Assembly (NCBI GenBank): GCA_010093605.1
Contig: MU004182.1
Span: 507,502-571,501 of the forward strand
DNA length: 64,000 nt
Direction of reading: 5' to 3'
Source of the DNA: Lophium mytilinum
Taxonomy: Eukaryota
This document shows, in pieces, positions 37,689 through 50,949 of the stretch (within the stretch, counting starts at the first letter, position 1; each line of letters starts with the position of its first letter). A program made the position numbers and the translations under genes. Under the pieces are notes generated by a model that was given only the letters and a program-made list of their open reading frames with translations, ran no database searches and was not told the DNA's origin.

Positions 37689-38509
37689 ATGCGTTTCTTC
37701 TCCCTCCTGCCATTTGCTATACTATGGGCCCAACCGTCTATAGCTGATCTCGTCAGCCGAGAGTTCCCTCATCTTATTATCCCACTCAAGCAGGACTACC
37801 CCACGACGCCCTTCGGCACCCAGTACTCCGGCGAAATCACGGTCGTAAACGGAGCCCACCAGGTACGTCTCATTCATCTTGCCTTAGATCTTTCACCGCC
37901 TGTATTTGCGGGCTATTAGTTAGTCCAAGTTACCTGAGATACACTATACCGCACTCATCTCCCTCCCTTGATACTTTACCACCACTTTCCCTATCACCCT
38001 CCTTACATGAGCATCCCTCACCTTCTCTACTCAGGTCTGGACGGAAATCTCTTTCGATGTCCCCTCCAATTCGGCCCGCTCCTGTCATCTCGCTGTCACC
38101 ATTGCCACTGGAAGCCAGGGTGCACCTTGGACTCTTACCGGCAATAACCCATCATTCAACATCTTCGAAATCTCGACCGCCATGGACCAATTCCGTGATG
38201 CTTGGAACCAGAATACCCGCCCGGCGGTTCATGGATGGGTTGCGACCTTTGACGTGCACTATGATGGCACCGTGACTATGACGGGCGGCGATGTAGTTTG
38301 CAACAAAGGCGGCTTGGCGCAGTACCTTATTGAGCCCAACGGCGGTCAAAACGTAGGATTCACATGGTTCGGTAAGCTCCCACTCGTTCGCGTCATCAGA
38401 GGGAATTTTGCTCTTCATGTGCAACTATCGGCTGTTCTTCAATGGCTGACGAATGCATGCAGAGGAGGCGGACCCAGTACACGGTATCACGTATGAGATG
38501 TACGACTAA
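37689..38509 (+). CDS. Small secreted protein, But2 (ubiquitin-3-binding protein C-terminal)-like domain
   Basis: Signal peptide MRFFSLLPFAILWAQPSIA, then EFPHLIIPL...PFGTQYSG | VWTEISFDVP...CHL, resembling the But2 pattern. Two introns. Confidence 0.7.
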
Positions 38510-39037
38510 CAGTCGAGATTGAAAAGTGAGGGCTGATCTGAATTCACCGACAGTGTGAAAGGGAGTAATAAGGAAAGGAATGCGGGATTGGACGAGGAGG
38601 AGTTGATTTGGACGAAATTGGGAATGAGGAGCAACGCAAAGATTTCCCATCGTCACAGTCGAGTAGATCTAATGACTTTAATTGATACGTGCTGTATAGC
38701 ACTGTCCTCTTGCCAATCGAGACCTACCATGAAAGACTTCGCAGCGTGAGCACGAGATTAGAGAAGAGGGGTGGTGTAGCAGTCGTACGATGACAAGACA
38801 GGTGACACCTTTAGAATATGCTGTGATGTAATATGTAACCCTGTTGTAAGTCATGGATGTAAAATTTGCTAGTCGACGGGATTTGTCCAATATTCAGATG
38901 CTAGATGGATCATTGGGATTGGATGCCTGGATGTCCCATCTGAACTTCCTCGGCTGGCATTGCATCATCTTGCCTACCACTAACGGATCTCTACAACTCA
39001 TACAACACCACGCCATGACTCTTCCCGCTTGCCAGCC

Positions 39038-40239
39038 ATGTCCAAGACGTTGCAGGCCACCGTCCTGAACCGCATCCTTCGTAGACCGACATTCATCGAC
39101 GCAACTCGTTCGCGCTCGCAGCTCCGAAAGCTCCACCTTGCCCCTCCTTATCTCCTCGACGATTACATCCCCCGCTACCATCTGATTTCTGCAGCTGATG
39201 CTGCGCGGAAAAGATCGCAGGCGTACGCACATCTGCGCGAGTGCAATCTCTGTCCGAGACTATGCGGCGTGAATCGGTACGAGAAAACGGGGACCTGTCT
39301 CATCGGCGCTGAGACGGTCAAGGTGAACACCATTGCGCCGCACTTTGGAGAGGGTATGTCAATCACAATAGCGATCAGATCTCTCGATTGCAGATGCTAA
39401 CGGATGCGCGGTGTACAGAGCCCTGTCTCCAAGGCCACAACGGTAGCGGTAGCGTGTTCTTCAGCGGTTGCAACCTCCGCTGCGTCTTCTGCCAGAACTA
39501 CGACATCGCCCATCAGCGCAATGGCTTCGACCTCACCCCCGAAGAGCTCGCACAATGGTACATGAAGCTGCAGGATGTAGGACATGTGCATAATATCAAC
39601 CTGGTGACGCCAGAGCACGTCGTCCCGCAGGTCGCGTTATCGATCCTCCACGCGCGAGAGCTCGGCTTGCAACTACCAATCGTTTACAATACTTCCAGCT
39701 TTGATAGCTTAGAGAGCTTAGAGCTGTTGGATGGGCTCGTCGATATATACCTGCCGGACTTCAAGGTCTGGAAGCCGGAGACGGGACGACGGTTGCTGAA
39801 GGCTGATAATTACGCGGATACGGCAATGGAGAGCATCAAGGCTATGTATAAACAGGTGGGCGATTTGCGTTTCACCGCTGATGGGATTGCCAAGAAAGGC
39901 GTGCTTATACGGCATCTGGTTATGCCTGGGAAAGAGGATGAGGGAAGAGATATTGTGAGGTGGCTCGCGGAGAATGTGTCCAAGGACGTCATGATCCATA
40001 TCATGGAGCAGTATTTCCCGCGGGCACATGTGGGTAAATCAAAGCGAGGTGGCAAGGTATCGCGGGTAATCGAGCCAGGAGGCGTTCAAGCGTCTGCTGA
40101 AGCCGAGGAAAAGGTCCGCTACGAAGATATCAATCGGCCAGTAAGTCTAGACGAAGTTGCAGGCGTGAGGAAGGCGGCCGAAGATGCAGGCCTATGGAGA
40201 TTTATAGAGGCGGCGAAGCACGGTGGGTTCAATATATGA
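39038..40239 (+). CDS. Radical SAM protein, PflX/pyruvate formate-lyase activating enzyme-like
   Basis: CNLCPRLCGVNR, PHFGE|EPCLQG..GSGSVFFSGCNLRCVFCQN (CxxxCxxC), NINLVTP, DIYLPDFK, LIRHLVMPG. One intron. Confidence 0.9.
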
Positions 40240-40529
40240 TGATGTAGTTTCATACCACCTGCCATCTTAGTCTATTCCAACTCCTCTTACCTTAGCAAGC
40301 TTCATCAAGGACACGCCTGTCGTATTTTCTAATCTTCAAATCATCTCACAGGCAATCGCTATGGGGGATTTGCATCTCTCCGCTCGCTCTTTCTAGGACT
40401 AGCTGCTCCGACCATGTGTGTCTACTTCAGTATCGATCAAGCCGCTGGGTCTACTGTTTGCGACTTGCAAGACCCAAAACGCTACCCATTATTCCACCAA
40501 TTCTCTCTCCAGGGACTCCGAATTGGAAT

Positions 40530-41216
40530 ATGCCTGCTCCACGTCTGCAGTCTTCAGACGTGTTTGAAATACTGATTCGAGAGAAAGAACTCCTTCGAGA
40601 GAACGAACTCCTAAGTCGAGAGAACGAACTTTTACAATGCCTAAACAAAGTCCTCCGCGCCGGATTCAACGAAGCGGTACGACAACGCGATGAGTTCTGC
40701 AACCTCCTCTTCGCCACTCAGGCCGAGCTTCAGAATCTTAGGAATTCTCAGCCTACGAGACGAGTATCAGCATCACAGCCAAAACAACCCGAGGAAAATA
40801 ACCAGAAACGAAAGCGTGCGCAATCGCTTCCATCGGCATCGTCAAAACAGTTGCATGAGATGAAGGAGCTGCAAAGTCGTGTGTTGCCACTCCCATTAGC
40901 ACCCCAACCACAACAATCGAATCGAAGCCAGGAGCCACAGAAGTGGGTGCCTGATCTCCCACCTTTATCGCCACCGAGATTATCATTTTTCAAGGGCTTC
41001 CAAAACCCGGTGTCCTCCATAATCAAACTTGAGCCCCACCACTCCGCTGGACAAAGAGAGGAAGTCCGCAATCACTCGCATATGCCGCCTACTTCAATTC
41101 CGTACAAAAGGCCGGAGAGCTCAGTCACAACACCTACATCGAAGAAAGCAGAACGTGGGCCTCCTTCGCGATCTTGGACTCCGTCACTCCCGAGCATAAA
41201 ACAAGAAGAGGAATGA
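40530..41216 (+). CDS. Hypothetical coiled-coil/low-complexity protein
   Basis: Open frame with heptad-like REKELLRENELLSRENELL...QAELQNL and a QKRKR motif. No family recognised. Confidence 0.45.
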   Translation: MPAPRLQSSDVFEILIREKELLRENELLSRENELLQCLNKVLRAGFNEAVRQRDEFCNLLFATQAELQNLRNSQPTRRVSASQPKQPEENNQKRKRAQSLPSASSKQLHEMKELQSRVLPLPLAPQPQQSNRSQEPQKWVPDLPPLSPPRLSFFKGFQNPVSSIIKLEPHHSAGQREEVRNHSHMPPTSIPYKRPESSVTTPTSKKAERGPPSRSWTPSLPSIKQEEE

Positions 41217-41782
41217 CGCCGCCGGGGTCGAACTCAAGGCTGGGTTTGGCAGAGATGATACACTCGCTGGAAGTCACTATGATTGTCAAATGGAGCAAGT
41301 CGATGTTGAGGCACTGTGGCCATTTCGAACCTGCACTATTACTATCGCCCTGCACGGCCCCCGAATCGCGCAGAGTGTCCCCGCTTTGATCTGGTCGTCT
41401 TTTGATAAGGACCCATGGATTTAAGGAGAGAATTGTTACTCTACAACGCCCCTGTAATCCTTGTCTCCTCTTGTTACTTTGGATAGTATTCTGTTGTTTG
41501 CTTTGGATTCATGGTGTGCATGGATTGATGTTCGAATAGAGTGCGCTTCTTGCTGTTTTATCGCGTCTTGGCATTCCTTTCTTTGTCTTGTTGTTGAGAA
41601 AAAAAAGGGTTGGCTTCCTTTATGCCCCAGATTCTGTATGCGGTGGCCGATGAGCCGCCACCTCGAAATTCGAACAAAGAATTAAAGCGAGGCTGTGACC
41701 TCTGGGTCAAAGTCAGTTGAGTTCACAGAGCTCCGACCGACGATGAGTAGAGCTCGCCATCGGACAGGCCTGCTCCGTGAAG

Positions 41783-44700
41783 ATGGACGACAAATCCCCG
41801 ACACGCAAACGCATCGCTCGAAGGAATGGCCAGCTGAATGCGGGCGGAAGTGGAACCGGGACTAGCAATGATGAGAAAAGCAAAAATATGGACGGCCAGA
41901 GCGACAGCGGCGACGACACATTTGAGAGAGCCGTGAAGACGCCGCTCGATCCCAAACCACCCCGCACCGCCGGAAGAAATCACGTTGTTTCGGAGAGGAC
42001 GAGGGCGAGCAGGATTGAAGCTCAGAGACCGCAGTCGCAGCCTTTGAGGACAGTTTCGGTACGTTCAAGCCCGTCGTAATCGACGTACCTGAAGTCTGAC
42101 ATATAAATCGCGAACAGCCAGTTTCTACAAGACCCTTTGGCTCAGCTGCTGGGACTTCCAGACCTTTCTACCCCTCCGGTTATACTACTCCCATTCCTGT
42201 ACCACACAACGAGTTCCACGTACCCAGTTACATGAAACCCACGGAAGCTCATAAGAGGAAGGCCAAGCCACGAGTACCAAAACCATCGACACTTCCTCCT
42301 ATAATCACCTCGAATAATGTCGAAGGACACCCTTCTCAAAGAACACGCGAAGATACGCAGAATCCAGTAACACAGCTCCAGAAAACTCTCGCGCAAGGTG
42401 GTAAAGACCCCAAAAATGTTCCACCTGTGCGCCCAAACACTTCGCCAGGCAAACTCAATATAACCAATGGTAAAGAGGTAGTCAAGGATGAAGAACAGAC
42501 GGAGCCTCAAACGTCCCTATGGGGGCACACTAGAAACTCAGACTCATTCCCGGTGTGGAGCAACGGCCATTCGCCACGATCATCGTACCATGCGCCTGAA
42601 GACTTTGTAAAACCCTTGCGACCAGCTTTGTGGGCGCATCCGGAAGCCTCAGCATCCAAGCAACCAATACACCAGGATGGAAAACTCGAGTCTCCCAGGG
42701 TTTATGTATATCCAAGCAGTCAATCAGATGTACAACAGCGGCCTTCCTCGGTTGGTATCGATAAACATGACCCTCCACCACCTTCTTTTGAAAGACCGGG
42801 TCCGCTTAATGTCAACGGTTTCGAGCAACAGGGTCGGATTTCTACCCTAACACCACCAAGACCAACCAAAGAAAATGGCATCGGACCGTTGCCGGGTTCG
42901 AATACTTCTACGAATATCGAGGAATCGGAGGAGCTTCAGAGCGAAGAGGAGGACGATGAGTTGATGAACAGGGTGAAAAGGATCAAAGCACGGCACCAAG
43001 AGATGCAACGGATATTTGATCAACTTGGTAATCACCCTCCAGTTGAAGATCATAGAGAAATACCCAGCATAGAGGAGAATAGTGTAGGCGAGGCATCCCC
43101 GAGCATTCAAGCTGAAAGTCCCAGAAAGACACCTAGTCTAGAGAGAAATAGTGTAAGCCAAGCAACGCCGAGCAGCAGCAGTAGTAGTTCTTTCGTTACG
43201 AATCCAGAAGACTCCCCTAATGTACCGCGGTCGATGAAAGAGAAAGAGATTCAAGATGAAATATATGTGGACCAGGGGGCGACATACTCAGTGACAAAAA
43301 CATTTGCGGCATCTCCTGGTCGCAGCCACAGCGAAGAAGATGATCCTGGTACTCATCCAGCTCGTCAATCAAGACCTCAATCGACCGACACTGTTCTTTA
43401 CATGCCACCTTCGCCCCAACAGCCGCAGCCATTTACTACGAATAACGAGTCCACCGATCATTACGTAGCCCCAATCGATTTATTAGCACCGGCGTTGACT
43501 GGACAAAGCCGACATCGTCGTGGAGGCAGGCCTCCGCAGCATATCAATAGGCGTGCACTACGACCATTAACGATCTCTATTCCAAGGGCACCATCTGAGC
43601 CATCATCCCCGCCTATATGGGACATAATAGACCCATCCCCACTTTTATCACCATCTTCATCTAGCCCTTCAAGTCCGCGCAGCTCCGATAGGCGTTATCC
43701 ATCATTTGGGTCCGGGCTCTGGTGGCTCGAACCTCCAATTGCCATCTCACCAACCATATACGCCCTTCGCGGCCTTCACCGCCACCGTCACCCTTCCCTT
43801 CCATCGACTCCAACAACATCAAGTTCCACGTTTCCAAGTCTATCGGAGGGACCGTCGCCAGAAGCATCGCCCTCGCCGCCAAAGTCAACTTCCGAGTTAG
43901 AATCGTCCCTAGATTCGTCTGCCATACCCCCTCCACTTCATATCCATTCTCATCATGAGCCATCCAGAGTGGGTCTGACTGGCGCGTGCACACATTGCTC
44001 TCAGCATTGCCCCCGTCCCGAGGATCCTCCCGAATATCTTGTGCCCAATGCGCACACGCATATGAAGATCTTCATCCTCAACCTTGCGTTCATTCGAGCT
44101 TTGGCTATCATGGAAAGCGATCCGATCAAAGTGCTTAGTCTGATGATATACAAAGCGCTGCCTATCGCACAAGGCATTGAGGATCCCATAGCCGAGGCGA
44201 GATGCTGGTATTGGATTGGAAAGGCGGAAGCTACTAGGGGTGAATGGGGCGAGAGCTTGAGAGCATTGAAGAAGGCAATGGAGTTGGGGCTTGCAGGAAA
44301 AGAGCGATACACGGAGGGCCGAGAGATTCAGAACCTGCTGGATATAGTGACGAGATGGTACAAGGCGGCAAACGCGGCAGCCGATGGTGAAGAGGAGGCC
44401 GATGATCCATTGCTTGGGTTTTCAGGCGCGGCTAAGACTGAAATACTTCGGAGTGAAGGGGTGCCGGGTTTATTGCCTCCGGTCGGAGCAATCGGATATC
44501 TTCGAACGAACATCGAGAACTCTAGAGCGAAGAAGGAAGATATCAAACGAAAAACACATGAGATGGACGAAACGCGGCGGAATGAGGTCAAGGATTACTT
44601 AATGGGCCTGGAGGATTCGCATGTCAATGGGTCTTACTCGCCTACGCCATCCCAGTCCTCTGCGTCAGGATCCTCCACCGTGGCACCAATATCATCTCCA

Positions 44701-46713
44701 GAACTTGTACAAGTATCCCCAGACCAGCCAACATATGGAGGAGCGGTTGCTATAATAGATTGGAATAAGTCGAGGCAGTCCAGCATTGGGTCGGACGCTA
44801 CGACGATCGCGAACGGGCAGGCCTCAGGGCAGTCCAGTAACGAATCAGCTGTAACAGGTACGACTTTGGTGAATTCAGGGAGCTCCGTTGGGGAATCTAA
44901 GAAAGCAAACAACAACGTCCAAAACTCTTTGCCGAGCTTGATGAAAGCCAGCATCGAACCGGAAATCTCACGAGCTCGTCCTAGATATACGAGAGTAAGG
45001 AAATGGCGTTCTTCATCTTCGTCTGGTAGTAGCGAGGGGAGAGAGCGGCGTAAGCTCGAGCACGAGCACGGTCGTAAGGAACCGCCCTCAATCGAATGGG
45101 AGCACGCATCACTCCATCCCGGAAGTGGGAAATCAGGCCTTGTAAGTGTACCGAATGGGCAGCACGAACCAAATTGGGAGACGGTCACCGAGGCTCAGAA
45201 AGAGGACACTATTAGCGAAGAGGGCGAAGGAAGTGACACAGGAAGTATCAACTCCTCTAAGACGGTCACAGCATCCGAAAAGACATCGCCTACGACGGCG
45301 CGAATCAATAAGCTTTTCATGGGCAGTGATACAGAAAGTATTGCAGGGTCCGGGGCATCTCCCTCAGATGAGACCTCCCAGCAAGTAGAACCCACAACCG
45401 GCTTAGTACCATCATTTTCAGAGCCTGGCCGAATTGCAAGTTGGCAGAAAGGTGTTTATCGCAAGCCTAAACCACTTGACATCTCGATATCTCAGTCAAC
45501 GGAGTCACCCTTGGCTGATTATCCTATTGTGGGTCGAACCCAAACTCCGAATACCCTATTTCCTCCATTCGATCATAGTTATTCCCCTCCCAGAACTGCG
45601 AATGGAACACCCCACACCCCTCAAGCACTCACGCCATCCCAGACAATGCCACCAGGGTGGACTGGCTCTGTGCCTCAAGGACAGGCGATCTTGTTAGGGC
45701 AAGTTGGTAGTCAACTTCTAGTGGCCTCTCGTGTCCATCCACAAAATGGCTGGCTTTCCAGACCGCCTCGTCGCCCACTCCGGCCTAACTCATCGTCGCA
45801 GCCACCAAATTCAGCGCCCCTACCAGAGTCCGATTCTCACTCAACTATGCTGCAAGGACAGGAGGATTTGACTCGGCGTCAAACATTGCCTTCTAGTCTC
45901 GAGTCTCAAGACGTTACACCTTCGGAAGTTCCGACTTCGCCTTCTAGCGTCTCGACCACCTTCAACATCAGCGACCTTGATGACCTCTCGCCACCGCTCC
46001 GGAGAACGTCTTATCAGCTTCAGCGCGAGGGGGAAGAGCGGCAGCAACTGAGAGAGTTACTATCATCTCCCCCCGCATCGGATATCTCAACGAACGCCTC
46101 CGGATCAGAAGCCGGCTCCCTTTCTGATACCGACGAATCAGACCAGAATATCCAAGAACTTATATATCCAGGAGCCGGCGCTGGAAGGGCGAGAAGAACA
46201 AGCCTCGCACCTATCGTGACAACACCACGACCCAAAGGCCGCCACGCCATCGTCAGCCTCGAGTCTTCACCTAACAGCCCGATCATGGGCATCGTCGACC
46301 TCGAACCCGAGCTGCATTGGGAACCGCCAGATGAAACGCGGGCGAGTCCTCTAGCCCACTTGAACAGGTCAGGCGACCGCGACCGGGACCGCAATCGCAA
46401 CCGCAGTAGACCTGGGCCCGAGCCCATTCGCCTTACCTACAGACAGTTGGACCGGATAGCCACGATCTACTATGAGCAAAATGAACGAATGGTGATGGAG
46501 GATTTGAATCATCTAGTGAGATCCGGTCGTGATTTGGCTAAGTACCAATATGACGAGAACAAGGTGAGAGACCGGGGGTATCTGACCGATTGGGATTGGA
46601 ATGAACTACAGTTGGCTGGGCCTGAGGAACTTTACCTGATGGTCAAGGCGTATGGTGATATTCGGCATGGGCTTGAGACTCGATTGCGCCAATTGGAGGA
46701 CGCGTCTCCTTGA
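41783..46713 (+). CDS. Large (~1600 aa) Ser/Pro-rich disordered protein with a central TPR-like helical segment
   Basis: 1493-codon ORF plus an upstream exon joined by intron 42060-42117 (GTACGT..CTGAC..CAG). Helical block IAEARCWYWIGKAEATRGEWGESLRALKKAMELG. Confidence 0.75.
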
Positions 46714-47273
46714 GGGAGTCTATTTGGATGCACGGGCTAGGTGTTGTAAAGTAGGTTCTCATTCGGTCTTTTGCAATACTAGGGCGTCAGTTGGTACAAG
46801 TTTCCTTGCCAACATCAAGCATGTCCAGACCAGATGTCACGAATATCAACAGACCGTAACTTCATCGTCGTTGGTCTATTGACTCGCAGAGGCACGTCGT
46901 GCAACATTTGGTGTGTGTAGGGAAATGAAGTTTATATGATTCTATCTTCACGACCTCACTTCAGCTCTTCTTTATCTCTTACATCAACGTAATTATCTTT
47001 TCAACCTCACTTGAGCCCTCTCCTTCTCTCTTACATCAACATCACGATCTTCCTCCTCTGCTCAACTACCACCTCATCGACTCATACTGAGTTGATACAT
47101 CAACGTATGAAGCACGTTGCTAGGCGGATCGGATTCTACAAACCATTGAAATCTCTAGGTGAGTAGATTGCCGTACTTTCATGCGCTATGCGCCGATGAG
47201 AATATCTTTTAACCATATCAAATAGCTTGTTGCTTCTGAGAGTCGACCCCAACTGCACGAAGCGAGCGACACG

Positions 47274-48545
47274 ATGGCGGACCCTCCGGAGCTAGGCGCA
47301 ACGAGCCCCAGACAATCCAATACGACTGCCGGGAACGAAACGACCGACACGCTGCCCAACCTCATCCCAGTAACAGTCTGCGCGACCTGCGAGCAGGTGG
47401 CTTCATTGGCATGTTGTGCTTGTCGAGGAGCCGGATACTGCTCAGCGGAATGCCAAAAGGAGGATTGGGCTGTCCATAAATTGCTCTGCCTCGGGTTTTC
47501 TGGGCACAGACGACACCCAGCTTGCCTTAGCGTCCGCGCCATCAGATTCCAGGCGGAAGATGAGTTACCGCAGTGGTATTGGCTCCCATACCAGGAAATA
47601 GTAAATACTCGATATGATGGACTGGATCAGATTGTTACGTTGTTCCCTTACTCCACAGCCTCTTTGCGGTACTCACTTAAACGGAGTGCCGTTCTCTATG
47701 AAGATCGCCCGCACGAGATCATCATACACTTTAGAAATCAGTCAAATTCAAACGACAGCATCAAAGCGGCTACCGATGGACTTGCATCATACGACTGGTA
47801 TGGTTCAGCCGTCGCTTACGGAAAGATCCCTCGAATTGGTGATCAGCCAACAGTTCTCTTCGACCTCGACATGTCGGATTATACTCGCATCGTCAAATGG
47901 CTAACTTCCTTCAATCCCGAAGTCAATGCGTACGATCCATCTTGGCGAGGGGGCGAGATGAACGTGAAAGGTGTTGTGGTTAAGAATGCATGGAACCCAG
48001 CCTCTGGTCTTGCAGTGACCGAGGGGCCTTTGGCGATATACAATTCTGCTGCTATTCCGCCTGACCATGCAATGTTCCGCACGGATCGGTTTCAATACTC
48101 GCCCATCTCTACTCTGCTTGGAATCAATCTTGCGGTATCCAGATACCCACTGATCAGATCTCACACAAAGACTAGAAAGAAGTCCAAAGACGCCGGGTGC
48201 TCGACTATGTACCTACTTCTGCAGTGCAATCCAGATAACGCTGAAGAATGGGGCTTCCCACCCGCCGTATGGAGCGACAACATCGGAGATCTCTACCTAG
48301 TGCGCAGCGATCGCAAAGCACTCCTCTGGCAGCACGTCGACGCCCTCATCAGCTTCTGCCAATTCACGATTGCACCTCTATTTGAGAGATCTCGACAAAA
48401 GGCATCAGTAGGCGGCATATGCAAGGAAAATGTGCTGGCAGAGCTTACCCCGGAGTTGTTCAAGACATTCTTTGAGCGATATCGTGCTGAGAAAGCCGAG
48501 GAGGATCCGGCTTGGGGAGAGATTGCTTCACCATATGATGTGTGA
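47274..48545 (+). CDS. MYND-type zinc finger protein
   Basis: CATC...CCAC...YCSAECQKEDWAVHKLLC is an intact MYND motif in a 423-aa ORF. Confidence 0.85.
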   Translation: MADPPELGATSPRQSNTTAGNETTDTLPNLIPVTVCATCEQVASLACCACRGAGYCSAECQKEDWAVHKLLCLGFSGHRRHPACLSVRAIRFQAEDELPQWYWLPYQEIVNTRYDGLDQIVTLFPYSTASLRYSLKRSAVLYEDRPHEIIIHFRNQSNSNDSIKAATDGLASYDWYGSAVAYGKIPRIGDQPTVLFDLDMSDYTRIVKWLTSFNPEVNAYDPSWRGGEMNVKGVVVKNAWNPASGLAVTEGPLAIYNSAAIPPDHAMFRTDRFQYSPISTLLGINLAVSRYPLIRSHTKTRKKSKDAGCSTMYLLLQCNPDNAEEWGFPPAVWSDNIGDLYLVRSDRKALLWQHVDALISFCQFTIAPLFERSRQKASVGGICKENVLAELTPELFKTFFERYRAEKAEEDPAWGEIASPYDV

Positions 48546-49423
48546 GGCTGGGTCATCAAGACGGGAGATATGCTGCATGCGAGATCATTTCGAGGGTGGG
48601 TTTCGAGTTGGTTTGACAGTTCTGAATCACTTCTTTTTTTGAGCGACAAGGGCCCAGCATTGAGCTGTAGTAACTTGCGACAACTTGCATACTTATCTGG
48701 CGTTGCATGGAGTGGCACCAAAAGCTTTCAAAATTTTAGACGGGTCTTTTCTCAGGCCATTTCAGGGTAGCACATTTTCATCTTACAGTTTTCTTGCTAC
48801 CTGGCTGCACCTCTATCAACACACTTGGGTGATGCCAGCAGGTTTTAGGTGGTAGTCTTCAAACAAGTGATTATGTTGTAACCCGGCTAACCTGTTAGGT
48901 ACACACCTATTCTGGGTCTGCGTACACTGGCCTAGCACCGCTTTAGGTGCCCTGGTATGTTATGAAGAGCTGGAAAACGACAGGTCTGACATCTCTCTCA
49001 GCTACTTGGGCTACCTCAGACGGCGTCATGATAGACCACGCAACCGAGGAAGCTTGCTCTGGGATCGTACTGCCCGGACCTTGCCCAGACCTTACCCGCT
49101 CTTCTCTTCCTACGACTTCACGTGATCACTGCCAAGGCGTCCGTTTCTTGACGCCTTTCCAAACTCAGTTCCATCTCAACTTCTTATGATGTCATCCATC
49201 GTGGCATCACTCCACGTGGTAAGCGAAATCTCGCACATCACAACACGTCGCGCGGTCCTTTCCTTTCCTTTCGCCTCCAACCTCTCTATCCGCGCCACAT
49301 CGGCCCACTAGCAACGAAGCGTCACCCCCTGCTGGTCAACAGTTGGTTACTCGCGAGGCCAATTCACCGGTACGTGTCCTCTTGGATTTGAAGCATGCCT
49401 CAGTCTTGCTAACTTCAACAGAG

Positions 49424-50776
49424 ATGTCGCTGTCGATGCGTGGGCTTGAGGACAGCCAGTTCGAGGTCGAAGACGAACATCCTTCCGATATGAGTACAGA
49501 CGGCGACGCAGACTACACCATGGAGGAAAATGAAGATGTGGATTCAGACAAAGGACCGGGAGAAGATGGCGACTTTGGCTCTATCGAAACGCCCCCGCTC
49601 ATTCCAAGTGTCCATTGCGTGATGTGCAACAACGCCGCGTCGCTAGACTATTCGACCTACCACTCAATCAAGTACTGCTTCGAATCTTGCAAGAAGGGCG
49701 ATTTGCCGGTCCACGAACTCCTTTGCCAAAAGTTCGCAGATTAGAAGCCTCCAGAACACAGGAGGTCCGTTCGAGCGATCCACTTCCCGTTTGCCGATTA
49801 CTCGCCCAAGATAGTCGGGCTGCCATACAAGAAGGAGGTGGTCAAGGACAACTACCAATGGATGCTGTTTGAAGATGTTCGTGGAACCCGCCTTGAGTAC
49901 GAAAAGGCCTTCGTCATCAGCGAGAGCCAGGTTCTCGGAAGAAAGCTAACACGCGTGATCAAGGTCGTTTGTGGGGATACCTCGATTCCGATGGTTGACA
50001 ACCCGCGCGCCTTCCTTGCGTTGGCATGTTCGTACAGCCTAAGCATCCATCGATCTACGAAAAAACTCGGGAGTTTCTCTTGGCGTGGTCCTGTTATGGC
50101 ATATGCACAAGATGGTGAAGACGGGACGGGCAGTTTGCTTGATATCACAATGGAAGATTATCGTCACGTTATCGACTTCTTTACGACCCACGGCCAGGAC
50201 TCTGGCATGCAGGTGCTCTCTCTAGCGAAGCCGCCAGGTCGTCTCGAATGTGTCGCAATGGAAGTTGACGCGCTCCGAACCGCCGGCCGCTATTTCGGGC
50301 CTGTCGGTACAGAATACACTCAATTGAGTGTCCCGGCCCACCACGAGCTATTCCACCAGACCATCTATTCTCCGCTTTCAGCCTTTCTTGGTCTTCCGCT
50401 GCAGGTTGCACGCTACCCATTCTTCGGACTGTTCAACGAAGATGATGTCTTCTCCCCTATCCGTGATCTTATGCTCTTTCGCGACGATCAAGCTGCCAAA
50501 GATCCCCGAGATAGCCTGTCGGCCGTTGTCGTTCGAGAGGACCGGAAGCCACTTGCGCCACTGCATCTGGAAGCACTCATGGAGTTCATCGAGTCTAAGA
50601 TCCTTCCAATGATGCCCGAGTTCAGGAGGGACAACCCTGGGGTAAAGATGTCGATGGAGCACCTGCGAGGCAAGGTTACGCCGGATGATTTCAAGAACTT
50701 CTTCCATAACCTCCGAGCTGAAAAGGCCCAAAAGGATGCTAGTCTGCTGGAGATTCCCTCCCCGTTCGAGGTCTAA
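49424..50776 (+). pseudogene. Degenerate MYND zinc finger paralog with in-frame stop
   Basis: CVMC..DYSTY..YCFESCKKGDLPVHELLC, then TAG at 49742-49744. The same frame continues (SVRAIHF, WRGPVMAY, SPLSAFLGLPLQVARYP, REDRKPL, FFHNLRAEKAQKD, IPSPFEV), collinear with 47274-48545. Confidence 0.75.
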
Positions 50777-50949
50777 GTGTTGGAACATCAGAGGCTCACT
50801 TGGTTGCAGCTCTTTGATAGCTACCTAATAGGCTAGCATTTGGAACAAATTCCTCTTAATCATACACTTGTGCTTTGGCCTAAATGTGAATGGGAAGCCT
50901 TCTAACTTGCAACCGCTTTCAATGTGATACCGCCACTTCTTACAGCACT

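Noticed and set aside
46943..47045. Two ~52-bp pyrimidine-rich tandem copies upstream of the MYND gene
   Set aside because: Real but short, low-complexity local duplication with no evidence of function.
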